A stretch of DNA of 64,000 nucleotides from Octopus vulgaris. Lineage: Eukaryota. Location: positions 153,636,001 to 153,700,000 of the forward strand of contig OX597817.1 of NCBI GenBank assembly GCA_951406725.2. Reading direction: 5' to 3'. Below the pieces are notes generated by a model. The model was not told the DNA's origin. It did no database searches and worked only from the letters and a program-made list of their open reading frames with translations. Position numbers and translations under genes: made by a program. Positions 39,241 to 55,209 of the stretch are shown piece by piece; positions within the stretch are counted from its first letter, which is position 1, and each line of letters begins with the position of its first letter.

Positions 39241-42200
39241 GAACCGATGTTGGGGCGTTTGCGTCCCTGTAATTTAGCTGTTCAGCAGTAAAGACTGATA
39301 GAATAAGCACCAGGCTTACAGGGAATAAGTCCAAGGATCAATTTCTTCGACTAAAGGGTGGTACTCCAGCGTGGCCACCGTCAAATGACTGAAACAAGTA
39401 AAAGAATACCAGAAAAACGTTCCGTACCACTAAGCTAAGCAGGTTCTTTGAATATGTACGATGTATTCTAAGGTTAAATAGTAATTCCGTTTACGTTTGT
39501 GTAGCTGAAATATTTTGGATGGATTATATAGTCATTGGTGTTACATCACTTTCTATATTCTTTAACTATCACAATATACTTTTCTAGGCCTGAAAATTTT
39601 TTGTGGGAGGTGGGGGGGGGGGCAGTTGTTTGGATCGACCCCAGTACACAACTGGTACTTAACTTATCGATCCTGAAAGGACGAAAGGTAAAGTCGACCT
39701 CGGCAGAATTTGAATTTAGAACATATAGACAGACGGTCATAATATGTAAACAGTTCTCATCGCACCACTACACTGTTTACAGATGCTTACATTTTTATGT
39801 TTTCCGTGAATTTTTCACGGGTCCAGCTAGTTTAGATTATTACGTCACAATAATGGAGTAACGTAACGATACTATTTTAATGAGAAAATAATTCATAAAT
39901 CTAAGAAAACTGTGAATCTGTTTTGCTCACATAGGAATTTAGATTTCAATAATCTATAGTGGATTTGAATTAACTGTAATGGATTAAAATTCCGGAGAAA
40001 TATCAAAATTATCATTTTTTTTAATAAACTGAATAATGAAACAATAAATTTTAAAACTTCGGAATTGTAATGCTTACAAGTCTAAAATATAAAAATCCAA
40101 AGAAAATGTCGGAAAGAAATATAAATTTCCAAAACATTACGACTAAGTAATGTCCTTAATTCCAAACACTGTGAGTGGATGCGTGTGTATGTTTTCTCTC
40201 AAACATGGTAAATCAAATCAATATACGATGTTTATTTACCTAATACTCTGTCGTGTAGCTAAGAGTAGGTTTGTTTGTTTATCAGTCTATAGTTTGGAGT
40301 ATAAAATTTTATAGAGTCATAAAATATTTTAAGAGTTTCTTATATAATTTGTTGAATATGTGTCAGAATACTCGAACTAGTTACGGTGTTTAAAATTGAA
40401 GTATAGCCCACATACGAAATACTTTTCTTGTAAAACCAACAAATTTTTTCACCATGTCTCTGTCTGTCTGTCTGTCTACTTGTGTCTCTGTTGTGTATGT
40501 CTATCTGCCTTTTTGGCTTCATCTCTCTCTCTCTCTCGTCCTCTCCGTTTTATTTTCGCAAACTAACACAGACATTCTATTCTCTCTTTTTTTCGGTACT
40601 CTTTTGAAATCCGATCACGACGTCCACTCCCTACCGCTCATCGCTCATCAGCCTTATCTCGGATCCATAAAGTGTTGAATTGTTTGAGTCGTCAGGACAA
40701 AATATTTCGCAATATTTGTTCATGAAACCGATGCTCACAGTTCAAATCTCACTAAGGACAATTTGGCCTTTCATCCTTTTGGGGCCGATAAAATATCCGC
40801 TTTGGTAGAATCGTTAGTCGGGTGAGAATCCGTGTGATATTTATTCAGGCTTCTTGTGTTCTAGGCCTTATGTGGAAGACTTAATTCATCACCCTGTTTA
40901 ACACCATCACCTGGTTCGATGGTGCCTTTAGCAGAGTTCATTCGATTGCCAACATTGGAGCTAAGTCTTATAGTTTGGGTCGAACTTTCTCACTTTCTAC
41001 GACCAATCACAAAAACGCTGAAAAATAAGTCATCACAGAAACGCTGAAAAATAAGTCATGGTTGCTGCCATTCTTTCACCATGGATAATGGATAATGGTT
41101 GCTGCCATTCTTTCACCATTATCCATACATGCAAGGGAAGCATGTATGTGTAATGGTGGTGACGGTAGTAATAGTAGCAACTATGATTGCGTTGCTCCTG
41201 GCTCTTTTCTTCTGTTTTCTTATTGTCTTCTCCATCTTCAGCAAACGAAACCATTCCCTAAACAGCTTCTACCAAACTGTACGATCCGAAGCAAATTCAC
41301 TTACTCTTCATCCTTTCGGTATCTACAGAATAAATAATTGCTGAGCTCTGACGTCAATGTATTCAACTTCCCGCTCTTCTCAAAATTGCTGGCCTTGTGT
41401 CAACAGTTATTGATGACCGCCAATTTAGCTGTGGCCAAGTTTAATTATAATTGATACCAGATGATATTTTCACATTGCCAAAGTTAGAAAGTTGTCTTGA
41501 GTAATGATTTTGTGTTATGTAATGATTTTCGCATGCCCTTATAATCCATATCAGTTCTTATTGTGTTCAAGTGATGCGAAATTTACAAATATAATTTTAA
41601 TTTGATATCATATTTCATTTAATTTAGATCGTAGATATTGTAAGCATCAATAAATTAAATGTTTGTAGAATTATGTTGAGAACTCATTAAGTTTGAGATA
41701 TATTTCCTATGATGTATCTAACTCCAATGAATATTCACGCAATTAATATCCAAATAAAGCGTGATCAAAACAAAGTAACAACTAAGCAATGAAAACAACA
41801 AACAAGAGTACAAAGTCAATGTCACAGCAATGTGGAGAGAAGGAAAGAAAGATGAGATATTGCGGGTGGTTGTCCTTTGTTTAAGATAGAAGCCATCGAC
41901 AGGGTTTAGATTTAGGACGTGAAGAAGCGGGAAAATACTGCACAACATGTTCCCGACGGACATTTTGCATAGGTCTCTTTTGTTAAGATTGAAAGAAAGA
42001 AAATAGAAAGCAAAAGACTATAGAAAGAAAAGAAAAAAGAAATGAAAAGAAAAATGCTTGGTCAGTGATTCGACATATTATAATAGCGGATAGAGGAGTA
42101 AAGATATTTTCCAGAGAAAAGAGTCTTAAATAAAATGAAGTATGCGTAAATTATATTTTTATAAATATGTGGGTGAATGGGAAATCTATTGTGTGACCAT

Positions 42201-42299
42201 GGTTGTGTGCGAACATATGTATAAGATGTGGCAATGTATATGTGTGATATGAGAAAAACGTAACACTGATGATGTAGGTGTATGGTAGGCGATCAAGCG

Positions 42300-43335
42300 T
42301 GTGCAAATGTTTGGGTAAAAGTGAGTTAGTGAAGAGTATGTGAGTGTAAACGGAAACTATAAAATATATAATCACATAAGCAATGGCATGTAGATAAGTT
42401 TGGTTCACAGAATTGATGTGGCAAGCTTATGTTTGATTCACCCGGTTTTGTTGCGCTGAACATCCAATAAATATCACTATGAACAAAAAGGTTGATATTT
42501 AATGCAATAAATGGCACTTTCGGAGATACCGGAGAAACGGTCTGTGACATGGAAAGTTGACCTAGCATCATGTGGGATTATAATGTTTTGAATGAAGTAA
42601 CAGGTGGTGCGGCAAGAGAGAGAGAGAGGCGGGGGATGTTCCAGGTTGGGTGTGAAGAATTGTGGACTAGAAGGTTGCTCAGACTAAGTTGGCATCAGAA
42701 AGAAGAGAGGCTAAAAAATGCTGTAGGATTCTGTGAGGTTGGCGTGGAAGAGGCAAAAATGTAGCACAATGTTGTCCTGACATTGTCGTAAAGGCGCTCA
42801 GTGAGATCAATAGCTAGGGTAGAACAATGAGCAATGTCAAGGGCTGATTTGGAGTAACTGCGCTGCTGAAAGAAGTGTATTATTCGATGTGACTGGAACA
42901 TGTAGTCAGAGTTTCATTTCAGCTGCATAAGCTGCGATGGAGACAAAGAGAATTGTGAATAAACGACGTCAGAATATGGTATGAGGCGGCGAGCTGGCAG
43001 AACCGTTAGCACACCGGGCGAAATGCTTAGCGGTATTGCGTCTGCCGCTACGTTCTGAGTTCGAATTCCGCCGAGGTTGACTTTGCCTTTCATCCTTTCG
43101 GGGTCGATTAAATAAGTACCAGTTACGCACTGGGGTCGATATAATCGACTTAATCCGTTTGTCTGTCCTTGTTTGTCCTCTCTGTGTTTAGCCCCTTGTG
43201 GGTAGTAAAGAAATAGGTATGAGTGGGGTAAAATTAGGTGAAATTGAAGTAGGAGTGGGAGTCAGTGGGTTAGTAAAAGATGCAGATAAAGATGTGGGGT
43301 GGGGGTAGCTAATAGAAACAGTATGTCAAGGAATT
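42300..43335 (-). pseudogene. Degenerate Penelope-like RT/GIY-YIG remnant, split by a family B SINE
   Basis: FLDI...FY*PTDSHSYFNF (43220-43335), YSQF...LCS...FFQQRSY and SAIYCIKY...GES (GIY-YIG-like). Confidence 0.65.
42985..43218 (+). mobile_element. SINE family B, full head
   Basis: ggcggcgagctggcagaa...; possible TSD ggtatgag. Confidence 0.9.
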
Positions 43336-43691
43336 TAACTGTGGTGGTAGTAATAGCAGAGGTGAACTTCATGACTTGGTGGACATTTGACCAATGCAAA
43401 CGCTATGGTTGAAGACATTTGCATATGTTTGTAAATGAATGTCTTGCCATGCAAGTAGTGTTTTTCGTTTCCAGGCTTCCGTGAAAAACTTGTCTGGTCA
43501 TGAGAAATATTATTTTGACTGGAAACGGGAGGGTTGGTAAAAAGAAATGTATCCGGCTGTAGAAAATCCGCCTCGACAAATTCCGTCCTACCCATGCAAA
43601 TTTGGAAAAGTAACTTTTAAACGACGACGATGATGATGATGATGATGATGTTGATGATGGTGGTGGTGATGGTGATGATGATGGTGATGGC

Positions 43692-43725
<34 letters not shown>

Positions 43726-44051
43726 CAAGCTTTGAGATTTATAGGTTAACATACTGAGTTCATTTTGTTTCATCATTTAGATACCTAGGAAACTATGAGA
43801 TGTAGTATCACATTTACTAATTATTTGTTACTGTTATGTTACTTGTAAATACTGTGTGGAAATTACTTTCAATAATACTTCTAATTCTTGATCGTCAAAC
43901 TAAATTTCTTTTCACAAGATCAATACCTTCTTGTCTAGCTATTTTATCGTTTTATTTCTTTATATTGAGAATATTTTTTGAAAGTACTTGAACAAAACTT
44001 TCATTGTTCTACGAGTAAAGATGTTTTACAAACTTTTGTCTTAATCAATTA

Positions 44052-44350
44052 CTAGCAGTATCGCCCGGCGTTGCTCGGGTTTGTAAGGGAAATAACTATA
44101 TAAGCATTTTTAGAGAGTTACTTTCCTTATATAAAACCGAGCGAAAAATGGATTAAAAATGAGAAAAAATGATGGTAATTTTTTTTTTAAATCGTAGACT
44201 CATCGTAGACGCGCGCTACGATGAGGGGCTCGATATGAATTACGACTATAAGATACCCGCTTTTGGTTAAACTGCACCGCAAAATGTGGGAGTAGTTAGG
44301 AATCTAAATTGGAGTAGACAGACACACAACTACAGTTTTATATATAAAGA
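44052..44350 (-). mobile_element. Complete 299-bp non-autonomous Helitron
   Basis: a|TCtttatatataaaa ... cccgagcaacgccggg hairpin ... CTAG|t. Inserted at an AT dinucleotide without a TSD. Confidence 0.92.
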
Positions 44351-44852
44351 TATGTACAAGTATTTCTAAAAAAACATCTCTCCTTATGGACCATTGTTAT
44401 AACGTGTATCAATACAACTGTATAATGTGTCATAGTCAAATATAATATATATAAATTCTTTTGATTTTCCGATTCTTTTGATTATTCCGATGTCCATTCG
44501 CGCGGCTAAATCTCTTCGGTGGAGCATACATGTCCGTACAGTCTCATCCGATGAAAATATGTTAACGGCAACACAGGGAGATACTTACAAGCAATTTTTC
44601 CATCGATTGTTTTTAATCAGTTGAAAATACAAATTTAGTTCAAACGTTTTGCTTCACAGCAATAACTCCAAAGCAAAGCTTATTCCCCTTTTTTATTGCT
44701 GATATGTGTTGTCCGCACATTTGTTTGTAAGTTCTGTTGCTATAACAACTCATATTATTTAGATTATTACGTCACAATTTTTCTTTCTTTCTTACTTTTT
44801 TTGTTATTACAATTCAGATTGTTTTATTCAGAATCGTTAAAGATTACAAGTT

Positions 44853-45015
44853 ATAGACAGAAGTGGCTGTGTGGTAAGTAGCTTGCTAACCAACCACATG
44901 GTTCCGGGTTCAGTTCCACTGTGTGGCATCTTGGGCAAGTGCCCTCTGCTATAGCCCCGGGCCGACCAATGCCTTGTGAGTGGATTTGGTAGACAGAAAC
45001 TGAAAGAAGCCTGTC

Positions 45016-45057
<42 letters not shown>

Positions 45058-45295
45058 ATGTGTGTGTGTGTTTGTGTGTCTGTGTTTGTCCCCCTAGCAT
45101 TGCTTGACAACCGATGCTGGTGTGTTTACGTCCCCGTTACTTAGCGGTTCGGTAAAAAGAGACCGATAGAATAAGTACTGGGCTTACAAAAAAGAATAAG
45201 TCCCGGGGTCGATTTGCTCGACTAAAGGCGGTGCTCCAGCATGGCCGCAGTCAAATGATTGAAACAAGTAAAAGTAAAAGTAAAAGTAAAAAGAA
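44853..45295 (+). mobile_element. SINE family A
   Basis: Family consensus. Confidence 0.92.
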
Positions 45296-45369
45296 TAGTT
45301 AAAGTTTACATAAGATTTCTATTGTTTCATTAAATGTGAAAGGAAAAAATGTAGCACGTAATATCTAAA

Positions 45370-45505
45370 AAAACGCTTGTCAGTCCGCCTCATGGTCCCA
45401 GTAAGCAAACTGGAAAAGGTGTAGCCCCGAAGGATGGCGAGAGAGATGCGATGGAACAGCCACTCTGACTCACTGGGCTCGCATTTGCAGATAGCCAAAT
45501 CTTCC
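45370..45505 (-). pseudogene. CRE-like non-LTR C-terminal fragment
   Basis: EPSESEWLFHRISLAILRGYTFS (cf. L.QR.S.A..RGNA). Confidence 0.5.
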
Positions 45506-45725
45506 CTGATGGAAAATAAAACACGTCTAGAGGCAGAGATCAAACGTCGAAGACGAAAAGAGCGACTCGCACTTTCTCGCCCCCCCCCCCAACTCTCCCT
45601 GCGATAAATTCCCCCCCCCCGGCCCTCCTATACCGCCTTTGGCCTGAATAGCTATCTCAGGCACCCTTCGCACTCATCAAGATGAAGAGGCTCAGTCACT
45701 GGATACGAGTTAACGCTGACGACGT
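45506..45725 (+). pseudogene. RTE-like LINE 3' end
   Basis: RLEAEIKRRRRKER...PCDK...GLNSY/LRTH, a degenerate RTE C-terminal C2H2-like region. Confidence 0.5.
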
Positions 45726-46084
45726 CGATATGACAATAATTCCTTGGATTATGTTGCCATGTCTCTGCTAGGACTGTAGGATAAAGGTTTTAGTCGTTTT
45801 TCTTCATGTTCTTAGCACAATGCTACGTATTTGTAGCAGCGTGGGGTATGTGAATTGAATCGATTTTCTAATACTTAATTTTTATTATGATTGGAGCAAA
45901 AAGGATCAGGACCAATAATCCGTGTATAGATTATTGAAAAAGTCACCATGTACTGTCAACGCAATGCACAAAGGCTAAACACTTAACATTTATCATATCA
46001 GAACGCAAAGTCGAAGCAAACGATATTTGAACTAAAAACGCAGAGAAACAAAACTAAATACAGAAAGAGTATTAAAAAAAAATG

Positions 46085-46322
46085 CGCCCTTTTAAAACCT
46101 AGCCAGGCTCATGGGCCCGGTTTCCCGGTTTCTATGGCGTATGCGTTCCCCAGCTGGATGGGACGCCAGTCCATCGCCGCGTTACTCATTTTTGCCAGCT
46201 GAGTGAACTGGAGCAAAGTGAAATGAAGTGCTTTGCTCAAGAACACAACGCGTCGCCCGGTCGAAACTACAATCTTACGATCATGGTGCTGACACCCTAA
46301 CCACTAAGTCACGCGCCTCCAT
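46085..46322 (-). mobile_element. SINE family D
   Basis: Reverse complement of the 57272-57500-type element. Confidence 0.85.
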
Positions 46323-47152
46323 GAAAGACTATAATAACTTTATCATTTCACCTTTATAGTGACATAATAAACTTGTAACAGTTATATTACAAAAGTTAAA
46401 AAGAGTCATCGTGTGACATAGTTAAAGAAATATCAATTTGAGAAGTGACATGGAGATTGTATTGAAGCGTTACGAAGTTTCAAAACTGCAGTGAGTTAGA
46501 GTCAGTTTTGATAGAGAATCTCTTATCAGTGCTTGTAGAAGTCTGTTAAAATATTGTGTAAGGAAGAGTAAGATAAATCAAACTAATATCACGGGAAGTA
46601 AATTACCAGTGTGTGTGTAGAAAAGCTAAAATCTCTGACTTTCATGATAGCAGAAGTAAACTTGTCTGCAACTGGCAGAAAGGAAAAATATCAGAAAAGT
46701 TAACTTTGTCGAAGAAGTTGCAGAAGAAAGAGAATTTTTTTTAATAGGTTCTGGAATGTATAGCTGTGCTAAAGTCAAACTAGGTCAATGATAATGGAAG
46801 TGAATGGCTTTATCTACACTGAACTTTTGTCTCACATAGTTTGGTGGTGAATTTAACAGGCTGAACTGATGCGCTCTAAGTGCAAATTACAAGAACAATG
46901 GAAACAAGCCTGAATACCGAGGGTTCGATTCTTGGTTATAAATCCAGTATGTATCCTTACAACCTCAATCAAAGGACTTACCTTCTAAAGGTGGCAGACA
47001 AAAAGAAAATTTAAAGCAAAAAAGGGAAAAAAAAGGAAAATATTATGAAATGTATATACTTCAGAATAAATAGTTTGAAAATCAATAAAAGTTTTGTAAA
47101 ATTAAGTTTATGTTCTTGGCCGGTTCAAACAATTCAGTGAGAGTAAATTATA

Positions 47153-47696
47153 CAGGTCCGAAAGTCTGGTTACTCCCTACCAAAAAGTAATGAGAACAAT
47201 AGAAGAACAAATAATGCAGTAATCGAAAGCACAAACTGGATTTAGTTTATTCCCTTTCATTGACGCTGTCACACATCGAGAAGGTCTGTATGAACATCAT
47301 CATTTTCGTGGCACAAAATGATGCGGCGCCATGTCCTGTGTGATATTTTTCGAAGCTGTGCTTTAGTGATTGTTGCAAAGGCTCTCCAAACGGTGTCCTT
47401 CAACTGAACTGATGGGTATTCAGGTATCGTTCATGTGAAACTCTCTCCTTGATAATATATCCCTCGGAGCGTTATCGCAAGACGTGAGGTCTGAACTTCT
47501 GGGAGATTAATCGACAGGTGCGGGAAGTTGTTGCGATCGTCGCCCTATCCATCTTTCCCGAAAAACTTCATTTAGGTATTCCCAGACAGTGATAACATAG
47601 TGGGGTGGGACATTATATTATTAAAACAAAAAATAATGATAATAATGACAATAATAAACAACATGTAGGGGGTAATAAGACTTTCGGACCACCCTG
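47153..47696 (-). mobile_element. Internally deleted Tc1/mariner-superfamily element with both TIRs
   Basis: TIRs TA|cagg(gtgg)tccgaaagtct..ttac.ccctac at both ends. Internal PPHYVITVWEYLNEVFRERWIGR...SPRSSDLT (cf. WPPRSPDL). Confidence 0.82.
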
Positions 47697-48341
47697 TATT
47701 ATAAATTAGTAGGTAGATTTAATCTGTTACCCAACTCAACACCACCACCTGGACGTTTGGCACCTTTGGAGTAATAAATTTTTGTAGGATTATGGGCCTA
47801 TCATCCAGTCTGGGGAAAACTGGAGAAATCACGTTCAGTACTTGTTTTATTGGTCGGTGAAAGATGAAAGGCCAACGTCGATAAGAACTTACATGGATAG
47901 GGATGCAATGAACTTGGATAATATGCCTTTTTTTGCTTCTTTTTCCCCAGTACACAATAAGTTGACCAAGAGACTTTTGTTCTTGAATCACAGAAAACTT
48001 CTTGTTACTACTTTTAATGCCACTTCCTTAATATCGCATACCGTCTCATTGCATTCAGCATTTAAATGGTGAAAGTTTTAAAAGGAAGCTAATCAAAATT
48101 TTCTGAAAAGAAATAAGAAACAAAGTAATAATACTCTCTTTAAGTAATTTAACATTTACTAAGAAGCACTATCTTGGACCTACTAGTCTAATTACAATTA
48201 TTTGAACAATATTTCTAAACTTAATTTAATCTTTCAACCTTTATCTTTTTTTCCATTGAAATAAAGTATGAAATGAGACGTAGAAATCGAATAATAGAGA
48301 ATGAAATGCCAGAACTGAAGCCAAAGTGAAAGGAAAATCGT

Positions 48342-48725
48342 GGAAGCACTCCGTCGGTTACGACGACGAGGGTTCCGGTTGATCCGAATCAACGGAACAG
48401 CCTGCTCGTGAAATTAACGTGTAAGTGGCTGAGCACTCCACAGACACGTGTACCCTTAACGTAGTTCTCGGAGATATTCAGCGTGACACAGAGAGTGACA
48501 AGGCCGGCCCTTTGAAATACAGGTACAACAGAAACAGGAAGTAAGAGTGAGAGAAAGTTGTGGTGAAAGAGTACAGCAGGGATCACCACCATCCCCTGCC
48601 GGAGCCGCGCGGAGATTCAGGTGTTTTCGCTCAATAAACACTCACAACGCCCGGTCTGGGAATCGAAACCGCGATCCTATGACCGCGAGTCCGCTGCCCT
48701 AACCACTGGGCCATTGCGCCTCCAC
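48342..48725 (-). mobile_element. SINE family C with 13-bp TSD
   Basis: TSD aaaggaaaatcgt at 48329-48341 and 48726-48738. Confidence 0.93.
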
Positions 48726-49109
48726 AAAGGAAAATCGTACTGAGTTAACAAATATAAAAACGTTAAATGAACAGTATTGCAATCATTGCATTATAAAGAA
48801 ATCCTGTTGGTTCTTTTGAAAGGGGAAAAATACTCAAAATTTCAAAATATTTGTAGTTTATACATGCTATTATAGAGTAAATTATAAAATCTAAATATAC
48901 GATTATAATTATAGCGTCATTATTATGGTGAATTTTCAGAATCACTTACAGCGTTGGGCAAGAATGCTTTCCAGTATTTGTTTCGGATTTTTACTTTCTG
49001 AGTTCAAATACTACCGAGTTCAACCTTGCCTTTCATTCTTTCTGGGGTCGATAAAATAAAATATCGGTCAAATACTTGGGTCGATATAATCAACTATTCT
49101 CCTCTCTAT

Positions 49110-49343
49110 AAAAGAGAAAAAAGAGAAAGCTTCTCACAATGCGTGAAGTTTTATAAAACCTTTATATTTCAGGCACAAAAACCCATCTTCAAGAAGAAAA
49201 CAGTCTGGCAAGCATACATAACTGGACAGTTCTCAGACTGTTTTTCTTCTGAAGATGGGCCTCTGCACCTGAAATGTAAAGGTCTTTTATAACTTTCCGT
49301 ATTACCAGAAGCTTTCTATTTTCTCTCTTTTTACCTTCGATTT
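49110..49343. mobile_element. Palindromic element with two opposed hammerhead-like cores (copy 1)
   Basis: Internal inverted arms; ctt-CTGAAGA-tgggcctctgcacct-GAAA-tgta-aag. A near-identical reverse-complement copy lies at 59062-59310. Confidence 0.75.
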
Positions 49344-49559
49344 TTATAGTGTTTGAAATTATCTGGGCGGTGATTTGGCAGAATTAATAGTTGGTCACCC
49401 ATTAGAAAAGATTCAGTACAATACTGACGCATCATGGATGTTCTTTGTCATATCTGTTAAAAAAATTGAATCCTATGGTGTTCATGTGTGTCGCACTCAA
49501 ATTGGGACACTGGGAGGTGGTGAAGGCATATGCATATAGCATCACCTCATGTCATCGGA

Positions 49560-50300
49560 CAATATCCTATCAAAGTTGTTGGTACCGTATTGAAAAGGTG
49601 TAAGGTGTTTACAAGAACGTGCATCAAATAGAACAAGTCAATGAACTTGCAATCCAGCATCTGACGATGCACAGCTATACCGGGTGTGTGTAACTTGTCC
49701 GACGATCATCTTATAGTTAGAGGGTAAGCTTCGGGTCAGAATTTCATGTAGATAGGCACATAAACGGCATCATGTGCAGGGTGCTAGTTCACCCAGAAAT
49801 AGGTTGTGAGGTCATGAAATAGGCCATGGAAGGTCGGACGTGATGTAAACTCACACACCGACTTTGTTACATATTGCATCCTGGTTGCCGTACCTTGCGC
49901 CATATATTATATAATCTGATTGAAGTGCCTGTCATTTGGCTTCATGTAAAAGGGACGTAATCCACAAGTAAGGAATTTAGTCTACTACCAGCAACATCAA
50001 CGCAGAGGGTTCGGTATGTAGTGATTTATAATTCACAGCCATGTATTGTTACTGAGGTATCTACAGATATTCCTGGACAGTCAACATGGTAACAGTATAT
50101 GATGCACGGTTGCCTTCAGTTCGACTCTTTGATATTGTTCTACATCATACTGCGTGCCTGGTGTCTGGGATACTCGCCATTCTGTAGCAGACATACAAAG
50201 GGGCCAGTGGTACATCCACCCTTGCATTCCAGAGAGCAGTCCTGGGTAAGAGCTGTGATACCTCAAGGAAAACTGGAGATTAATATAAATCAGTCGATCG
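49560..50300 (+). pseudogene. Possible highly degenerate Gypsy RNaseH/integrase remnant
   Basis: Weak motifs ASDDA.LY, GRDVNSHTD and PFCSRHTKGPVVHPPLHS...W; GC content above the flanks. Confidence 0.3.
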
Positions 50301-50691
50301 GTCAATTCCAGAGAGTTTCCAGCCAGGAAATAATGGAAAGCTTCTAGATATCCATGGAGGTCCCACGGCACTACCAAAGATCGTGTACAGTGGTCATCTC
50401 AAATGAATACTTTTACTGTCTTTACAAAACTGGCCTCGTACCTAAGGGAAACAAATGCTATCATTTTAGTTCATGATGCTATCATTTGTATTAATGGGCA
50501 ATTATAAGGCCAAAACTAAATCTCTCCAGACATGATGGTTCGTTGTATCTAATTCGTTACATTACAGTCGTCTTTTATTCCTCTGTTGTCATAAATTTGT
50601 TTTAAAAATGATGAAACAAGAAGATACTGGATTGAGCCAATAAACTGCATTGCTCTCTTATAATAACTGCCTTGTAAACAACTACAGCATA

Positions 50692-53063
<2,372 letters not shown>

Positions 53064-53064
53064 A

Positions 53065-53145
53065 ATATGAACTTCTAATTTGTCTCTTGAGGACTCTGGG
53101 TGAAACTTGGAGCCAACTTGTACAAATACAAAGCAAAAGTCAAAC

Positions 53146-53148
<3 letters not shown>
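53065..53148 (+). repeat. Second copy of the R4-like 3'-terminal ~84 bp between (AAT)n tracts
   Basis: Near-identical to 52904-52987. Confidence 0.9.
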
Positions 53149-53213
<65 letters not shown>

Positions 53214-53486
53214 TCTACTGTGGGTACAAGGCTTGAAATTTGGGGGAGGGGGATATTAGGTTTCATCGACCCCAGTTTTTCACTGGTACTTAATCGATCC
53301 CGAAAAGATGAAAGGCAAAGTCGACCTCGGCAGAATTTGAATTCAGAACGTGAATAAATGTTATCATGTACATTGTTTTGTCTTGGTATAAAAGATGGGT
53401 TACAGCAAATATTCCGGTCAATACCACAGATTTGCTTGTCAGTTGTTTGACCTTAACCAGTTGAGCATGTCCCTTAGTAGCTGACG

Positions 53487-53785
53487 AATTGTAAACTGAG
53501 CTCCGTTTGTATAAGATTCCTAAGAAATTATCTTTTATCTCTTATCTATTTCAGTTGTTAAAATTAATCGACCCCCAGTATTTTTTACACTCTGGTACTT
53601 ATTCTATGCCAAACCGTTAAGTCACGGGGATGTAAGCACACACTAGCACCTGTTGTCAAGCGGTGGTGAAGGATAAACACAAACACAAAGATACACAAAT
53701 ATACACGCGCACCCACACAAACACATACACACACATATAAACACACAAACATTGTTATATTTGGAAAGAGAGCCAAAACTCATAA
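53487..53785. repeat. ~300-bp segment duplicated at 59647-59957 (unique-looking flank plus diverged SINE A tail)
   Basis: aattgtaaactgagctccgtttgtataagattcc ... gagccaaaactcataaa is shared in direct orientation. Confidence 0.88.
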
Positions 53786-54603
53786 AACCTACAAAGCAAA
53801 CTCATCGATTGCTGTTTGTCTATATTTCGCTTCTCTTTCCTTTCCCAAAACAGTTGATGTTTGTTTATGTCTCCCATATTCTTTTCCCTCACGAAGATCC
53901 ACAGTTTTCTCAGTGGGTATGCATATTTCACTCTTAAATGCTTAGTCTGGGATTTAAAACTCATTTATTATAGTTTTTAAATTTCAATAGTAAAACATAT
54001 GCAAGCTGATGAAGTTTTTGTTTACTTACCCACTTTTTGCTGTTATCAAAACTGTTTTAGTTGACTATATTTGTTTTGAACTTATTTTATTCGTATTCCT
54101 CTACAATTATAGTGGTGATTTGTTATTAGCAGAGTTAGGTTGTTAACCCATTTGTTCTTCATAACATGTGCGGCTGAGATCTTTCTCGTGCTTATCTCCA
54201 GCTTCTGTAATCTGTCGTAATGTCGGTCACTTGAGTATCCAGAAAAGAATTTTACTTCAACATATTTTTACTTTCATCTTCTTTTCCACAGGTCCCATAT
54301 TTGCTCCCTGACTGAGATTTATCAATCATTACCTTTATTAAATTCGATCGAATGGTTTGTACCTAAACGGCTATAATTAGTGATCTTCTTTCTCATTTAA
54401 TATTACTATAAATGCACTGAACTAGCAGAACCGATGGCATTCCGGGCAAAATATTTGGCGACATTTAGTCCGTCTTTACTTTCTGAGTTCAAATTCCGCC
54501 GAAGTCGACTTTGATTTTCAACCTTTCGGAGTCGATAGAATAAGTACCAGCTGAGTACACACACATAAACCACACACACGCGCGCGCGCACACGCACACA
54601 GGC

Positions 54604-54938
54604 GCAAAAGTAGTAAGGGAGCATCATAGCCATGTGTTGAGAGGGATTCTTTGGGGTTTGAATAATTCACCTTTGGAAACATGGGTGTTTCGTTCAACAT
54701 CCTTAAATAATCCTTATTTTGAGCGGGATGGGCTACTCAAACAGAAGAAAATTCAAACTGGGCCCCACCTGCAAGGTCATGTGCTGTTTATCTTGGTATG
54801 AGATCACCATGTCACACACATATGGTTGTGATGCATGTGCCTGGTGCACCCTTGTCAGATGGATAATCATGATGGGTATTCTGGGCTTCGTATATTTTAC
54901 CCCAGTATCACTTTGATGGTATGCACTGCTCTCTCGCT
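54604..54938 (+). mobile_element. Retroposon family E ending in a trinucleotide tail
   Basis: 3' half is the reverse complement of 10385-10565; followed by (ACT)n(GCT)n(GCG)n. Confidence 0.7.
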
Positions 54939-54939
54939 A

Positions 54940-54990
<51 letters not shown>

Positions 54991-55209
54991 GCTGCTGCTT
55001 CTGCTGCTGCTGCTGCTGCGGCGGCGGCGGCTGTTGTCACTGTTGCAGCTGTTGCTGTTGTCGTTGCTTCTTGTAGACGCCTAGAGTCTCCCCATGAACG
55101 TCATCGCGCTTGTCCGCCACTAATCCTCTGTAGAATGCCATGGTGGGACATCCACCGACCACAAAATCCGACTGGCAGAGGGAACATCACCACCACCATC
55201 ACCACCACC

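Noticed and set aside
54265-54380. Strong plus-strand splice acceptor (cttttccacag)
   Set aside because: No convincing donor or recognisable coding frame follows.
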